Positions 53,971 through 64,000 of a DNA stretch of 64,000 bases are shown here, piece after piece. The stretch lies in assembly GCA_937625935.1 (NCBI GenBank), contig OW569375.1, forward strand, positions 124,001 through 188,000, written 5' to 3'. Each line of letters opens with the position of its first letter. The first letter of the stretch is position 1. Source of the DNA: Tetramitus jugosus. Its lineage: Eukaryota; Protista; Heterolobosea. Under the pieces are notes generated by a model. The model did not search any database. It saw only the letters and a program-made list of their open reading frames with translations, and was not told the origin of the DNA. The position numbers were made by a program, and so were the translations under genes.

Positions 53971-54633
53971 ATGAAGAGATCGAGCTACTACACCTCTAAA
54001 GAAGTTGAATACCATAACACACATGATGATTGTTGGGTCTCTCTGCTAGGAAAGGTGTTTGATTTAACAAATCTGATAAAAGAACACATTCATTCACCAT
54101 TAATCGACCCAATAATCAAGTACTCGGGTGAAGATATTAGCCATTGGTTCGATGCCAAAACTGGAGATGTTAGGACACGAATCGACCCCGTCACGAATGA
54201 GGTTGGATACTTTACGCCATTGGGAAGATTTGTTCATGTTCCCTGTCCTCCCTATGAACAACCATTTGGGAATGAGAAGCCAATAGCTTCCAGCTCGAAA
54301 CCATGGTGGAAGGATGACAAGTACGTGATTGGACAGATTTCAAAGAAAACTCGTACAATCAGAATCATTAATACATTGACACATCACGATCACCTACTGG
54401 AAGTGTGCCAAGAGGAAACAATGAATGAGATTCTAGCTCGATACTTGCAGCACAATTCTCATGCAGCATCATACACTTGGAAACGCATGGGTCGAGTGTT
54501 AGACATGGAATTGACACTGGAAGAAAATGGTGTAGAAGATGAAGATGCAGAGTTTGAACAGTTGCTCATACGGGATGATTTCTATTATCCTGCAATCCAC
54601 TTGTACTTTAACGATGACTTGACTGTTGCCTAG
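53971..54633 (+). CDS. CYB5D1: Cytochrome b5 domain-containing protein 1 (flagellar)
   Basis: YYT.KEV..HN..DDCWVS.LGKVFDLT, DISHWFD, NSHAASYTWK, PAIHLYFNDDLT. Confidence 0.93.
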   Translation: MKRSSYYTSKEVEYHNTHDDCWVSLLGKVFDLTNLIKEHIHSPLIDPIIKYSGEDISHWFDAKTGDVRTRIDPVTNEVGYFTPLGRFVHVPCPPYEQPFGNEKPIASSSKPWWKDDKYVIGQISKKTRTIRIINTLTHHDHLLEVCQEETMNEILARYLQHNSHAASYTWKRMGRVLDMELTLEENGVEDEDAEFEQLLIRDDFYYPAIHLYFNDDLTVA

Positions 54634-54731
54634 AGAGAGAAAATGCTCTTTATTAAATCAAAAATTGAACCGTAGTGGAGAGATCACTCTCGTTCACACA
54701 TACACACATCTATAAACATTAATCTCTACTA

Positions 54732-55949
54732 CTATACAATGATATTATACAGTCTACACTGATCACATTTCATGACAAGAAACCGAGGAGTGTTCAAAAA
54801 TGCTGCTGCTGCTGCTGCTGTGGATGACTGTACCATACTTGATTGACTAGTAGCCGCATTTGTAGTTGTCATAATGCCAGGCATCATACTATCCATGGTA
54901 AAGACTGGTGTACTCTTACAAAAGGAATTCTTGTGTTCCATGTACGATTCAGCAATCTGACTCTGCACATGTCTCATGGGCAATTCTCCATCAAACTAAA
55001 CAGACAGCATTCATGTGTGTGGTGTCAGTATTGTTGTGTCTAGCAATAAAATTAATAATAATAATAATAATAAAAAAACAGAGAAGACAGCAGCTGTTGA
55101 ATGTTGCTTGTTGTACACATGTACCTCGGTTCGAATCCTGAGACCACACTGACAAAACAGAGCGTGTTTTGTTTGACATAAATCATGCTGTTTACACACG
55201 GGGCAACAAATGGATACACACATGTCATCTTTATCATCATCATCATTGTTGTTGTTGTTGTTGTGATTCATATTATTATTGTTATGATGGTGATTGATTG
55301 AGTGAGATTGATTCCTGTTCTTATTGTTGTTCTTGTTATTGTTATTGTTGTTGTTGTGAATGTGAATATTGTTCATTGACATCATCAATTGTCTCTCAAA
55401 TTGTTCATTTCGTTCATATTCATCCATGAGACTGGACATTTCATCTTCTTCAATTGTTGAATCATCATGATGATGATGATGATGATTGTGATTGTGATTG
55501 TGATGATGGTTGAGAAGAAGATGACTCTCTTCATTTCTCATGTATTCATCCATCTCTGATTGCATCTCCAACCAAATGTTCATGTATTCTTCATTTGATA
55601 AATAATAGGAAGAGTGATTGTTGTTGTTGTGACTGTTGTTCGACATGCTTGACAACTCTTGTTGACACTCTTCCAAAATATTTTGTATTTGTTGTTCGAG
55701 GTAAATCTTGTCCATTTCATCTTGTTCTTCTAATGAGAGTTTCACACCTGTTTTACTGTCTCTCATCTGAGAGAGCATGGATTGTCTTTGTTGTCTCACT
55801 CGATCACGACACGATTGTCTCAATCGATCTTTCATATGAGTCATTGCACTACTCTTGAGCAATGGTCGGGTAGTTGCTGTTGTTGGAGCAGTAGTGGTTG
55901 TTGATATTGGCATCATGGATGATGAGGTTGTTCGTGTTGTATTATTCAT
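54732..55949 (-). CDS. RPAIN: RPA-interacting protein-like (intron 54996-55124)
   Basis: KDRLRQSCRDRVRQQRQSML N-terminal motif; C-terminal CPVC..CQCGLRI..H...C..P.F..CDQC zinc finger across a GTACAT/TAG intron. Confidence 0.8.
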
Positions 55950-56005
55950 AATTTTTCTTTTCTCTTTTTTTTTGCTTCCACAAATCAATGGAAAATGTAA
56001 AACTA

Positions 56006-56087
56006 TGCATGCGGTGAGATTTGAACTCACGCATCCGGAGATATCCGAACTTGAGTCGGACGCCTTAGACCACTCGGCCACGCATGC
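56006..56087 (-). tRNA. tRNA-Leu (CAA)
   Basis: GCATGCG/CGCATGC acceptor, TCCGA-CT-CAA-GT-TCGGA anticodon arm, long variable arm, GTGAG-TTCAAAT-CTCAC. Confidence 0.97.
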
Positions 56088-56116
56088 TTCATATTGTTCT
56101 TATTCTGCTGATTGTA

Positions 56117-56132
56117 GGCCCCGCGAGCGCGG
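56117..56132 (+). repeat. Left target-site duplication GGCCCCGCGAGCGCGG
   Basis: Identical to 56394-56409. Confidence 0.9.
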
Positions 56133-56393
56133 GTTACAGGGAACGGAGGATGACCAGAAGGATGTGTTGATGAAGGAGCTGGTTGTGCACGGTCGCAAGA
56201 AGAGGGAAACAAAAGTTAAAAGGCTGGTGAATGCAATGAAGAGGTCTTGCATCAAACGGTTACACAAAGTCTGGAGAGACTCAGTAGCGAAGAGATGTGA
56301 ACAATAGCTCAGAACCTGCGGTTCTGAGCGACAACACGTCTCACTGTAGTGTATAGAATAAAGGGGCAACAAATGTTGTATGGAAAAAAAAAA
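56133..56393 (+). mobile_element. 5'-truncated non-LTR retroelement insertion with poly(A) and TSD
   Basis: ORF end (..KRLHKVWRDSVAKRCEQ stop 56307), perfect 10-bp hairpin 56307-56329, AATAAA 56357, A10 56384-56393, flanked by a 16-bp direct repeat. Confidence 0.85.
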
Positions 56394-56409
56394 GGCCCCG
56401 CGAGCGCGG
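56394..56409 (+). repeat. Right target-site duplication GGCCCCGCGAGCGCGG
   Basis: Identical to 56117-56132 and directly follows the A10 tract. Confidence 0.9.
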
Positions 56410-56853
56410 CCGAATCTGGCTTACACGGGAAACTTGCAGATAGAGGAAACATCCACAATCGATACTCGATCAAGAGAGGACAGGGAGAGTAGACGCGTGA
56501 GAACTTTGGTGGTTGCAGCGAGTAGCGAACAACAGTGGAGTCGACTTCGGTTTCATGAAGAGATAGTTTTAGCGACATCTGGTTTGACTGAGGGAAGGCA
56601 AATTGTGCGAAGACCAATCAAGAAAGCCAGCAAAGAATACCTTCAAGGAATGATGGGCATCGAGGTTGCTCATAACAGAGGATGAAGAGGTCAGTAGCCG
56701 CCAAGAAAAACAAAACTTTCGTCAACCAAAGAGAAACAGAAGCAATGACGCTCTACGAGGCTCACTGGGACATAATGTACAGATAACCTGTGAGTGTTGG
56801 CCAATGTAAACGAAAGACAATAAAAAGAGCAACTGCAGGTTGTATGAAAAAAA
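56410..56853 (+). mobile_element. Older degenerate tandem copy of the same element family (5' end uncertain)
   Basis: Ends AATAAA-AAGA-GCAAC-TGCAG-GTTGTATG-A7, matching AATAAA-GGG-GCAAC-AAAT-GTTGTATGG-A10; ATGAAGAGGTC is also shared. Confidence 0.65.
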
Positions 56854-57102
56854 GTTTACAACGGTTCGGGGCCACTGGAGCTCAAGAAAGCGAGAACTTA
56901 CATGAACAGGATGAAAAGGACCTTTCCATTCTCCTTCACCCTCCACAAACGTCCTCCTATTCTTCTCCTTCAATGAAGAAAATAAACAATGAAGCTCTAC
57001 GAGCGTCATTGTTAGAAATGAAAAGTAATGAGATAACGAGCCATAGCAAAATTGATTCAACGATTGAAAAAGAGTTTTACTGGCGAATGTTGAGAAGTTC
57101 CA

Positions 57103-57924
57103 CTAGAAACTCAAAGGAACTGAGTTTTCGAACAATAATGATACCATCATTTCCAACATAGAATTCGTAGTTATGTTGTTCTTCTTCTTGGCAAACTTGC
57201 ATGACTTGCAGTACCTGTTTATGAGACCCCAGGCAATAAGACCAACAATTCCGAGTGCTATAAGAGCAACAAATAGCATTATGACTCTCTCAGTAGCAAG
57301 TTTCCTCATTAGAGATTTCAGTTCTCTACCTCCTCTAGTAATCGCTGATCCTAATTCATCCATCTTTGCATCTATTCTTGTAATTTGTTCTCCTTGAATC
57401 TTAAGCATCTCCATGGATTCTTCAGCCAGAGCTTGAGACTCGTCAGCTTTATTAATCATCCTCTCCATGATGGCAATACTAGCTTCCTGTGTTTGGAAAA
57501 TCTCCTTGAACAATTCCTCTCCCAAATCCTTATCCTCCCCTCTCTTTTCTTTCTTCCTTTTGTAGCCTACGTCACCTTCATCATCGCTACCATTCTTACC
57601 CTTCTTTTTTTCCTTCTTGTCTCCCAACAATTCCTGCCTATCACTCTGCTCCTTTGCCATTTCCAACTTTGTCTCCAAGTCCTTGATCTGTTCTTTTCTT
57701 CTCCTTCTCGCATTGTCGAGTTTCTCTTTAACAGACTTATCTTCAGAGTTCTTTCCAGCTCTTCTCATAGCCTTCAGAATCTTTTCAGCTTTGGTAATCT
57801 TCTCTCTGATATCACCGCACAATTGCTCCTTTTCCTTTCCCTTCTTCTTCCGGACAGACAAAATCATCTTGGCCATATCTTGTTGCAGTTCATCCAAATC
57901 GGCTTCATAGTAATCTACGTCCAT
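57103..57924 (-). CDS. NPSN: Qb-SNARE, NPSN-like
   Basis: Helical N-terminus, SNARE motif LKIQGEQITRI...DEL...I....REL..L.RKLATERVIM, then TM. Confidence 0.75.
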   Translation of the reverse strand: MDVDYYEADLDELQQDMAKMILSVRKKKGKEKEQLCGDIREKITKAEKILKAMRRAGKNSEDKSVKEKLDNARRRRKEQIKDLETKLEMAKEQSDRQELLGDKKEKKKGKNGSDDEGDVGYKRKKEKRGEDKDLGEELFKEIFQTQEASIAIMERMINKADESQALAEESMEMLKIQGEQITRIDAKMDELGSAITRGGRELKSLMRKLATERVIMLFVALIALGIVGLIAWGLINRYCKSCKFAKKKNNITTNSMLEMMVSLLFENSVPLSF

Positions 57925-58403
57925 TTTTGTTGTTCAATCTGTTATGTACAAGAAAGGTAAGTAGTAGTTCGTTACACCAGAAAGAGATGAGTCGTTTGTG
58001 TTCAGTTGATACTGTTTCGTTAACTGAGTTCTTTGAAAGCTTCTATGGAGAGAAACGGCGCGCCAAGGAGCTAAAATTGTTTGTAGAAGAATCTTCGGAA
58101 AATTGGAGAAGCGTTGTCGTCCCTGTCGCAGTAATCTACACAAACAATAGAGACACGCTTGTGGTTGAATTGAATTGTCACAACTTTACATTGATTTATT
58201 TAAATTGTGGGGAGTTGTTAACCCTCGTGCCAATTCAAGAGAGAAAACTGCAAAAGCAGATACAACCTTCCCTGTGCACTCGATTGACCATCAAAGCAAC
58301 TCTTTCTGTGAGTACCAACACAGGTTGACCATAAGTTTGCAGAACAGCGCTCATTATGACATAAAAGATCCATCTTCCCAATCGCAGTTTGGGAATCGTT
58401 GAA

Positions 58404-59732
58404 TCAAATAAAGTCTTCCAAATCAGAGTCGTCACCCTCAAAGTCCTTGTAAGCATTAATGTCTTCAAAGTTGACACGATATCTCAAGATGCCACCAATA
58501 CCACCGAATCCCTTGACAAACTGAGATCCTTCCTGAGATCTGTTACTCACAATTTCCAATGAACATCCAAACTTTTTAAAGTTGTTTGCCAACCATTCCA
58601 ACAATGCCAATGACTCGTATTCATATTGAGTACCGGTGGCAGGATCGTGAAAGTTCTTTGGATCCTTCTCCTGTTCAGGAGTCAACAAAACAACAGACTC
58701 TTCACCAGTGTTCGGGTTCTTCATCTGATATCTGGTCATGTCCAAATTTTCCCAGACCAAAATAGTCTCGACAGCACCCATCTCAATCGCCTTCATCGTA
58801 TCTTCGATACCAAACACATACTTTCCAGAGTCTTGAGCAATCTCGGAGAAGAAACTCTCAATTGCCTTCTTTTCTCTCAAAAACTTGACATTGGACAGTG
58901 CTTCCTGAGAGAGTTCAATGGCTTGATTGAAACCAGATTCACCACCATAGGCCACATCGACCACCTTGACAATAATGGCCTGAAGTCTCTGATCAAACAT
59001 GTCAGATGAACTCAACTCAGTCTTGAAATCAGCAGAACCAGCCAAGATCAAACCAGACACGTTTGGTCTATCATTGGAGACAAAGAATTGAGTGGCCAAC
59101 TCTGCCACCTTTCTCAAGTAATTGTGACGCTTTTCGAGACGCAAACGAGCAAAACGAAGAGCAGATTGACCACCACGACCATGCTTCTTTGGCAATTCAA
59201 CTGTAATTTTGTGCAAAATTTCACGAGTGTTACCAGTCAATGTACCATACAGTGCACCACTACCATCCATGACAATAAAACCAAACTTTTCATCACTCTC
59301 CAACAAATCACTCAATGGACCAGTGTGGAACTTGTTGTCGCACAAGTAGAGAGAAGTGTTGATTGGCTTGAATGGCTCAAAATCAATAGTCACCTTCTTT
59401 TCCTTTCCTTCATCAGTGAGAATGGTTCCACAGTACACAACGAGACCATTGTCTGGAACTTTGGTGTAGAGTTTGAGACGTTGTTGAGTCGATGTGATGG
59501 CATCGAGAACAGAGAGACGATTGACACGGGATTTAATGTTGGAAGCAGTTCCATATTCTTCAGCCAACATTTTTGTGATACGTGAGACTTGATCCTTTGG
59601 TGGAATAATGAGAGAAATCATGCTCGTGCCGTTACCTCTGGCCGCTTGCAGATTTTTGATCAATTTTTTGACCTTCCACTGTTCAATTGCCTTGTCTTCT
59701 TCTGTTTGTGCTTGTTGACCGGAAGAGCTCAT
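58404..59732 (-). CDS. ETF1: Eukaryotic peptide chain release factor 1
   Basis: [38 protein letters not shown]. Confidence 0.99.
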   Translation of the reverse strand: MSSSGQQAQTEEDKAIEQWKVKKLIKNLQAARGNGTSMISLIIPPKDQVSRITKMLAEEYGTASNIKSRVNRLSVLDAITSTQQRLKLYTKVPDNGLVVYCGTILTDEGKEKKVTIDFEPFKPINTSLYLCDNKFHTGPLSDLLESDEKFGFIVMDGSGALYGTLTGNTREILHKITVELPKKHGRGGQSALRFARLRLEKRHNYLRKVAELATQFFVSNDRPNVSGLILAGSADFKTELSSSDMFDQRLQAIIVKVVDVAYGGESGFNQAIELSQEALSNVKFLREKKAIESFFSEIAQDSGKYVFGIEDTMKAIEMGAVETILVWENLDMTRYQMKNPNTGEESVVLLTPEQEKDPKNFHDPATGTQYEYESLALLEWLANNFKKFGCSLEIVSNRSQEGSQFVKGFGGIGGILRYRVNFEDINAYKDFEGDDSDLEDFI

Positions 59733-60123
59733 TGTTGTATTTGTTGTTGTGTGAATGTGAGTTGTTGTTGGGTTTTTTTTGTTGTTGTTGTTGGTGTGAA
59801 TGTGTGAGCTTTTTTCCTCTCGCTGCAGTCGTCGTGATGTGTGTGGGAGAAACTCTGTTCGTTCTGTCGCTGAATCAATTCATCGCGATTGATAGGAGAA
59901 ACACGGGTGGGTGAAATCAGAGAGTCAACCCAGATTCAACATTGTGATTGAAAGTCGTCTTGTGTGCTCTCGGTAAAGAGTTTGCGCAAGAAGAATTTGT
60001 CGGTTGTATTGGAATCTTGCTTGTATCATTCTCTATTAATAAAGAACGAGTTATTTATGATATTGGCAAGGTATCGTTGAGTGATCTGACTCATCTTTCT
60101 GATTGTGCTTTTTGTTGTTTCGA

Positions 60124-60735
60124 ATGGTTCAGACAAACAGTATGCTGTATTCAGACATTGAAGATCCAACAGGACGATTCCTCACAAGTAAGGAGTCACA
60201 AGTTAGAGTTAACTCTCTGCTCATTGTTATTTCAAGTTTGTTTCTGGTTCTGGGTGGAGGACTGGGGATCACATTTACTGTTCTTTCAATGAACATGATG
60301 TGGGGTCCTTCGTGGGTCAAAGTACTCTCCTTCATGTTGGACACCTGGACCGTTGCTATTGGAATTTGTGGGCTATTGAGTGTGTATCGCATGACAAGAT
60401 ACAGATTCTTCTTTGCCAATCTGTTCTTGTATGGTGTTCTATCTGTTATCATCACTCAATCCATTCGTTGTATCATTGAGTTGTGTATCGTGAATCAGAT
60501 TACATTTTCAAAGAAGAATCATGTTCGAAATCAGAGGATGAAAAAGTGGCAGTATGTAGTATTTGGCGCAATACTGTTCTTTATAGTGATAACGAGCTGT
60601 TGTTGTATTGGATCTGCCTGGCATCACAAGAACATTCGCAAGGAGATGGTGCTTCAACGAACAAGCACAATTGATCGTTCCAAACCAACACAAGAACACC
60701 ACGCTGCACAAACAACAACTGTTACTATGCCATAA
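60124..60735 (+). CDS. Four-TM membrane protein of unknown function
   Basis: Four hydrophobic segments, Cys-rich last TM. Confidence 0.7.
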   Translation: MVQTNSMLYSDIEDPTGRFLTSKESQVRVNSLLIVISSLFLVLGGGLGITFTVLSMNMMWGPSWVKVLSFMLDTWTVAIGICGLLSVYRMTRYRFFFANLFLYGVLSVIITQSIRCIIELCIVNQITFSKKNHVRNQRMKKWQYVVFGAILFFIVITSCCCIGSAWHHKNIRKEMVLQRTSTIDRSKPTQEHHAAQTTTVTMP

Positions 60736-60847
60736 TGTGAAATATAGGTATCAAAGTATAGAAAGAAATCAATGTGAATAAATTAGTACCCATTTCTCCT
60801 TTTTGTTTCTTCCTGATCGTATGATGAAGGAGCCAGTTTGATACTCC

Positions 60848-61516
60848 TTAATCAAATAGTCTCCTTGTCTGCAACAGTGCGAAAGCAGCCATTCCAATAC
60901 TTGTTCCCACTACACTGGAACGTAGCACACGGTATGTCTTCGAATAATTGTGCAACACAGAGGTAGCTGCACTCTTCTTGTTGACTGTCCATAGTCCAGC
61001 AACGAGACCTGATACGGACCCACCCATGCCACACAACTCCCACTCCTTCAATGTCGGATTGTGATAGACACGGAAGGCAATATCGTTCAATTCATTGTCA
61101 TCATAGTAGTTGCGAGCAAGTACAACACCAGATGCACTCAACAATACGAATCCAGCCACAGCACTCCACACACTGTATCTCATCATGGATTGGATCAATG
61201 CCCGACGGTCAACTTTTGTAATGTTGAAAGCGGACTTGTCAACCCAAGCCATGGGAACTCCGGCACATAGTCCTGCAACTGCACCAAGTTGGTATCCCTT
61301 GGTGGCCAAATGATAGAACAGGAGCCACTTTGGGTATTGGATTTTGTCTTCATCTGGTATGTGAACTGTTTCGGTCAATCGATACATTTCCCACGGTAGA
61401 ACAAATTTGTCTTCTGCTGGTGGTGCTTTATGTTTCTTCTCATCTGATCCTATTGGTGAGTGAGTTGCGTTCCCGCTTGTTGTTGTTGAGTTGTTCGTTG
61501 TTGTGTTTGATGACAT
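60848..61516 (-). CDS. Small membrane protein, possibly DUF1757-like
   Basis: P....YH...KGYQLG...G, D.AFRV..N and Gly-rich hydrophobic helices. Confidence 0.55.
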   Translation of the reverse strand: MSSNTTTNNSTTTSGNATHSPIGSDEKKHKAPPAEDKFVLPWEMYRLTETVHIPDEDKIQYPKWLLFYHLATKGYQLGAVAGLCAGVPMAWVDKSAFNITKVDRRALIQSMMRYSVWSAVAGFVLLSASGVVLARNYYDDNELNDIAFRVYHNPTLKEWELCGMGGSVSGLVAGLWTVNKKSAATSVLHNYSKTYRVLRSSVVGTSIGMAAFALLQTRRLFD

Positions 61517-61656
61517 GTGTGCTTTGATGGTGTGTTGTTTTTTGGGTCTGCGAGAATGCCAAGCCGGCGAAGTTTGAACAAGCAGAAGAGGACAAGTGAT
61601 GAATGAAACTGTTTGTTTTGGTATTTTATATCGACAATGTACATATCTATATGAGC

Positions 61657-63535
61657 TTATCTACGGCGAGGATCCTCTTGCTCCTTTTGAGCAATGTTTA
61701 TCATATCATCAATTCTCAAGATGGTGATAGCAGCTTCGGTGGCGAATTGGATATACTTAATCTTCGTCAAGGCAGGTTCTATGACACCAGCAGTAATGTT
61801 ATCTCTAATCTTGCCATCCACCAGATCCAAACCAGTTCGGTTCAAATGCTTCTTGGATTCATCTTGTTGAGAATCATTGTGGGCGGCTCTCAATCTAGCA
61901 ACTAATTCTGTTGCGTCTTGGGCGGCATTCACAGAGAGAGTCTTTGGAATGACCAAAAGAGCCTCAGCAAATTCAGCAATAGCCAATTGTTCTCTTGTTT
62001 TGATGGAAGTTGCAAACTTTTCCAAATAAATGGACAAGGCAGCTTCAACAGCACCACCACCTGGAACAACATATTTGGATTCCAATACTCTCTTGACAAC
62101 GCACAAAGCATCATGCAGAGATCTGTCCATTTCATCGAGAATAAACTCGTTAGCACCTCTCAAAATGATAGATTGAGCTTTGCTGGACTTTCCTCCCTTG
62201 ATATACAATAGTTGATCATCAGCCAAAGTCTCTTCTACAACTTCGTCAGCCTCTCCCAAATAAGAAGGATCAAAAGATTCATCACCTTCCAAATTAGCCA
62301 AAGAGGTGACAAGAGTAGCACCAGTCAATTTGGCAATTCTTCTCAAATCGTCCTTGTTACATCTTCTAGCAGCCATAGCTCCAGCCTCAACGAAATACTT
62401 CAAGCACAAATCATCAATACCCTTCGTGGTGAAAATGACATTTGCACCGGCATCCAAAATCATTTGGATCTTATCTCTGATAAGAGTAATTTCACGCTCT
62501 TGAACACCTTGCAATTGAGTTGGGTCAGTAATTTGAACTTGAATACCCATCTTCAATCTTTGTCTGTTTAAGTTAAAGTCCAAGACGGCAATCTTTGCAT
62601 TCTTTACAGTTTGTGGCATCTGTTGGGATGCTCTTCTCACGTTAATAGCATAACCATTGATCAAAGCAGATTCCTTCAATGATCTACCGTGTTGCTTCAA
62701 CACATTTACACTCTTAACTGGATATCTTTCCTTACCAGATCCAGTGATCACCTTCACGTTTTGAATAGCATCAACACACATCTCTGAGAAATGCTCACTC
62801 TCAGCGCCAATAATCTTGGAAGACATGGAGGTCTTGGCAGCATTGACTAAAGCATCCTTGCCAAGAGTATCAGTCTTGATTTGCAAGTCAGAACGAATGA
62901 ATTCAATTGATTTCTTAGCAGCCAATTTCATGCCAGCAATCACATTGGTTGGATGTATTCCGTTCTTGATCAATTCATTGGCTCTCTGTGTACAAGAACA
63001 TCAAAAGCAGAAAAAGTCACAAATGTGTCAATAAAAATTGTTGTTTCATGATTTCACAATGAAAGATGATTTCACACTTCGATTTGAGAGTGTAAAGATA
63101 AACGATTGATAAATTTGTACCTTCATCAATTCAGCAGCAAGGATGACAACACTGGTTGTACCATCACCAACTGCTTCATCTTGAGTTTGAGCCAATTCGA
63201 CCAAAATCTTAGCAGCAGGGTGCTTAATTTCAATTTGAGACAAAATGGTGGCACCATCATTGGTAACTACAAAAATAAAAATGATTGTGTGGTTAGCTTT
63301 CACTGTCATTTCAATGGTTACATGTGCGTTCATCACACAATGAAGAGATCAACCTACCAGTCACATCACCAATATCATCAACAAGCATTTTATCAAGACC
63401 TTGTGGACCAAGGGAAGTCTTCATAATTTGTTGAACAGTGGACACAGCGTGTACATTTTCGTCTCTAACGTCTTGACCAGATGTTCTAGTACCATCAATC
63501 TGGAGCATGGAGTTGCTTCTTTGTGCTGCGAACAT
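61657..63535 (-). CDS. TCP1: Chaperonin CCT alpha subunit (introns 62986-63120, 63267-63357)
   Basis: [73 protein letters not shown]; both introns restore the frame. Confidence 0.97.
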
Positions 63536-63711
63536 TGTATTTACTGTGTGAGTGTTGATGTGTGGATGCGATTGATGAAATGATTTGTTCAAGATGAAAA
63601 AATGGAGACTGTGGAAATTTTGGTTACAATAGGAGTCGGCTGTTGTAAGGAAAATATTCCGACAAAAATTTGGGCGGTAAAAACTTCCACGGAATGCACG
63701 ATGTATTGTTG

Positions 63712-64000
63712 TTACTTCTTGGCCCGAGCTCTGGTTGGTCCTTTCTTTGGAGGAGGAGCTTTTTCTATCAATATTATATTTCTATTACCTTCCTTCTTCT
63801 CTTTGGCAACTTTGGACAAGTAGTCGTAGTTTTCACCTTCTTGGAGAAGATCCAGAATTTCCTTGTGGTCGTACTCCTTTGCCCAATAAGCTGCTGTTTT
63901 CCCTTGGGCGTCCAGTGTTGTTGCACAACACCCCCTACTTATCAAAAGTTTAGAAATAGTTGACATCCCTTTCTGTGCAGCAAGATGCAACGGTGTAAGG
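63712..64000 (-). CDS. 3' end of ankyrin-repeat protein
   Basis: TPLHLAAQKG...ISKLLISRG and D.QGKTA..WA....H.EI..LL. Confidence 0.85.
   Translation of the reverse strand, partial: LTPLHLAAQKGMSTISKLLISRGCCATTLDAQGKTAAYWAKEYDHKEILDLLQEGENYDYLSKVAKEKKEGNRNIILIEKAPPPKKGPTRARAKK

Noticed and set aside
55950-56081. 356-aa ORF starting inside tRNA-Leu; likewise ORFs spanning tRNA-Ala
   Set aside because: Chance open frames through tRNA genes; the RPAIN-like start is better placed at 55949
57946-57966. GAAAGGTAAGTA, reading as a 5' splice site on plus or a U1-like ACTTACCT on minus
   Set aside because: No U1 stem-loops follow, and no convincing plus-strand gene fits this close to the SNARE start
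58404-59732. Possible variant genetic code signalled by eRF1
   Set aside because: GTS, NIKS and YxCxxxF are canonical, and TAA, TAG and TGA all end genes in this window
1-64000. CRISPR arrays, rRNA, prokaryotic operons or an intact transposase/RT gene
   Set aside because: None seen; repeats are microsatellites or short retroelement remnants, and no RT domain lies in this window

Overview
Gene-dense, intron-poor eukaryotic (protist) nuclear DNA read with the standard code. It holds about 32 protein genes and 3 tRNA genes (Ile-AAT, Ala-TGC, Leu-CAA), with short GT-AG introns, very short intergenic gaps and many homopolymer-rich proteins. Myosin II, flagellar CYB5D1, an NPSN-type SNARE and G-protein signalling genes suggest a free-living amoeboflagellate, possibly Heterolobosea; this is inference only. 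Main discovery candidate: a family of 5'-truncated non-LTR retroelement fragments that sit about 46 bp upstream of tRNA genes with their 5' ends facing the tRNA. One copy has a perfect 16-bp target-site duplication and poly(A). A second copy in tandem shares its 3' end, a third upstream of tRNA-Ala carries a LINE-type CCHC finger, and a fourth is an orphan. This geometry resembles Dictyostelium TRE5. Other notable items: a chromodomain protein with a WG/GW (Argonaute-hook-like) repeat tail, a dead G-alpha fold with an F-box inserted into it, a Skd3/ClpB-type pseudo-ATPase, a possible eRF1 stop-codon readthrough cassette, an ABBA+D-box disordered protein, and two structured intergenic elements of similar architecture. 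All homology calls were made by eye from motifs; no searches were run.
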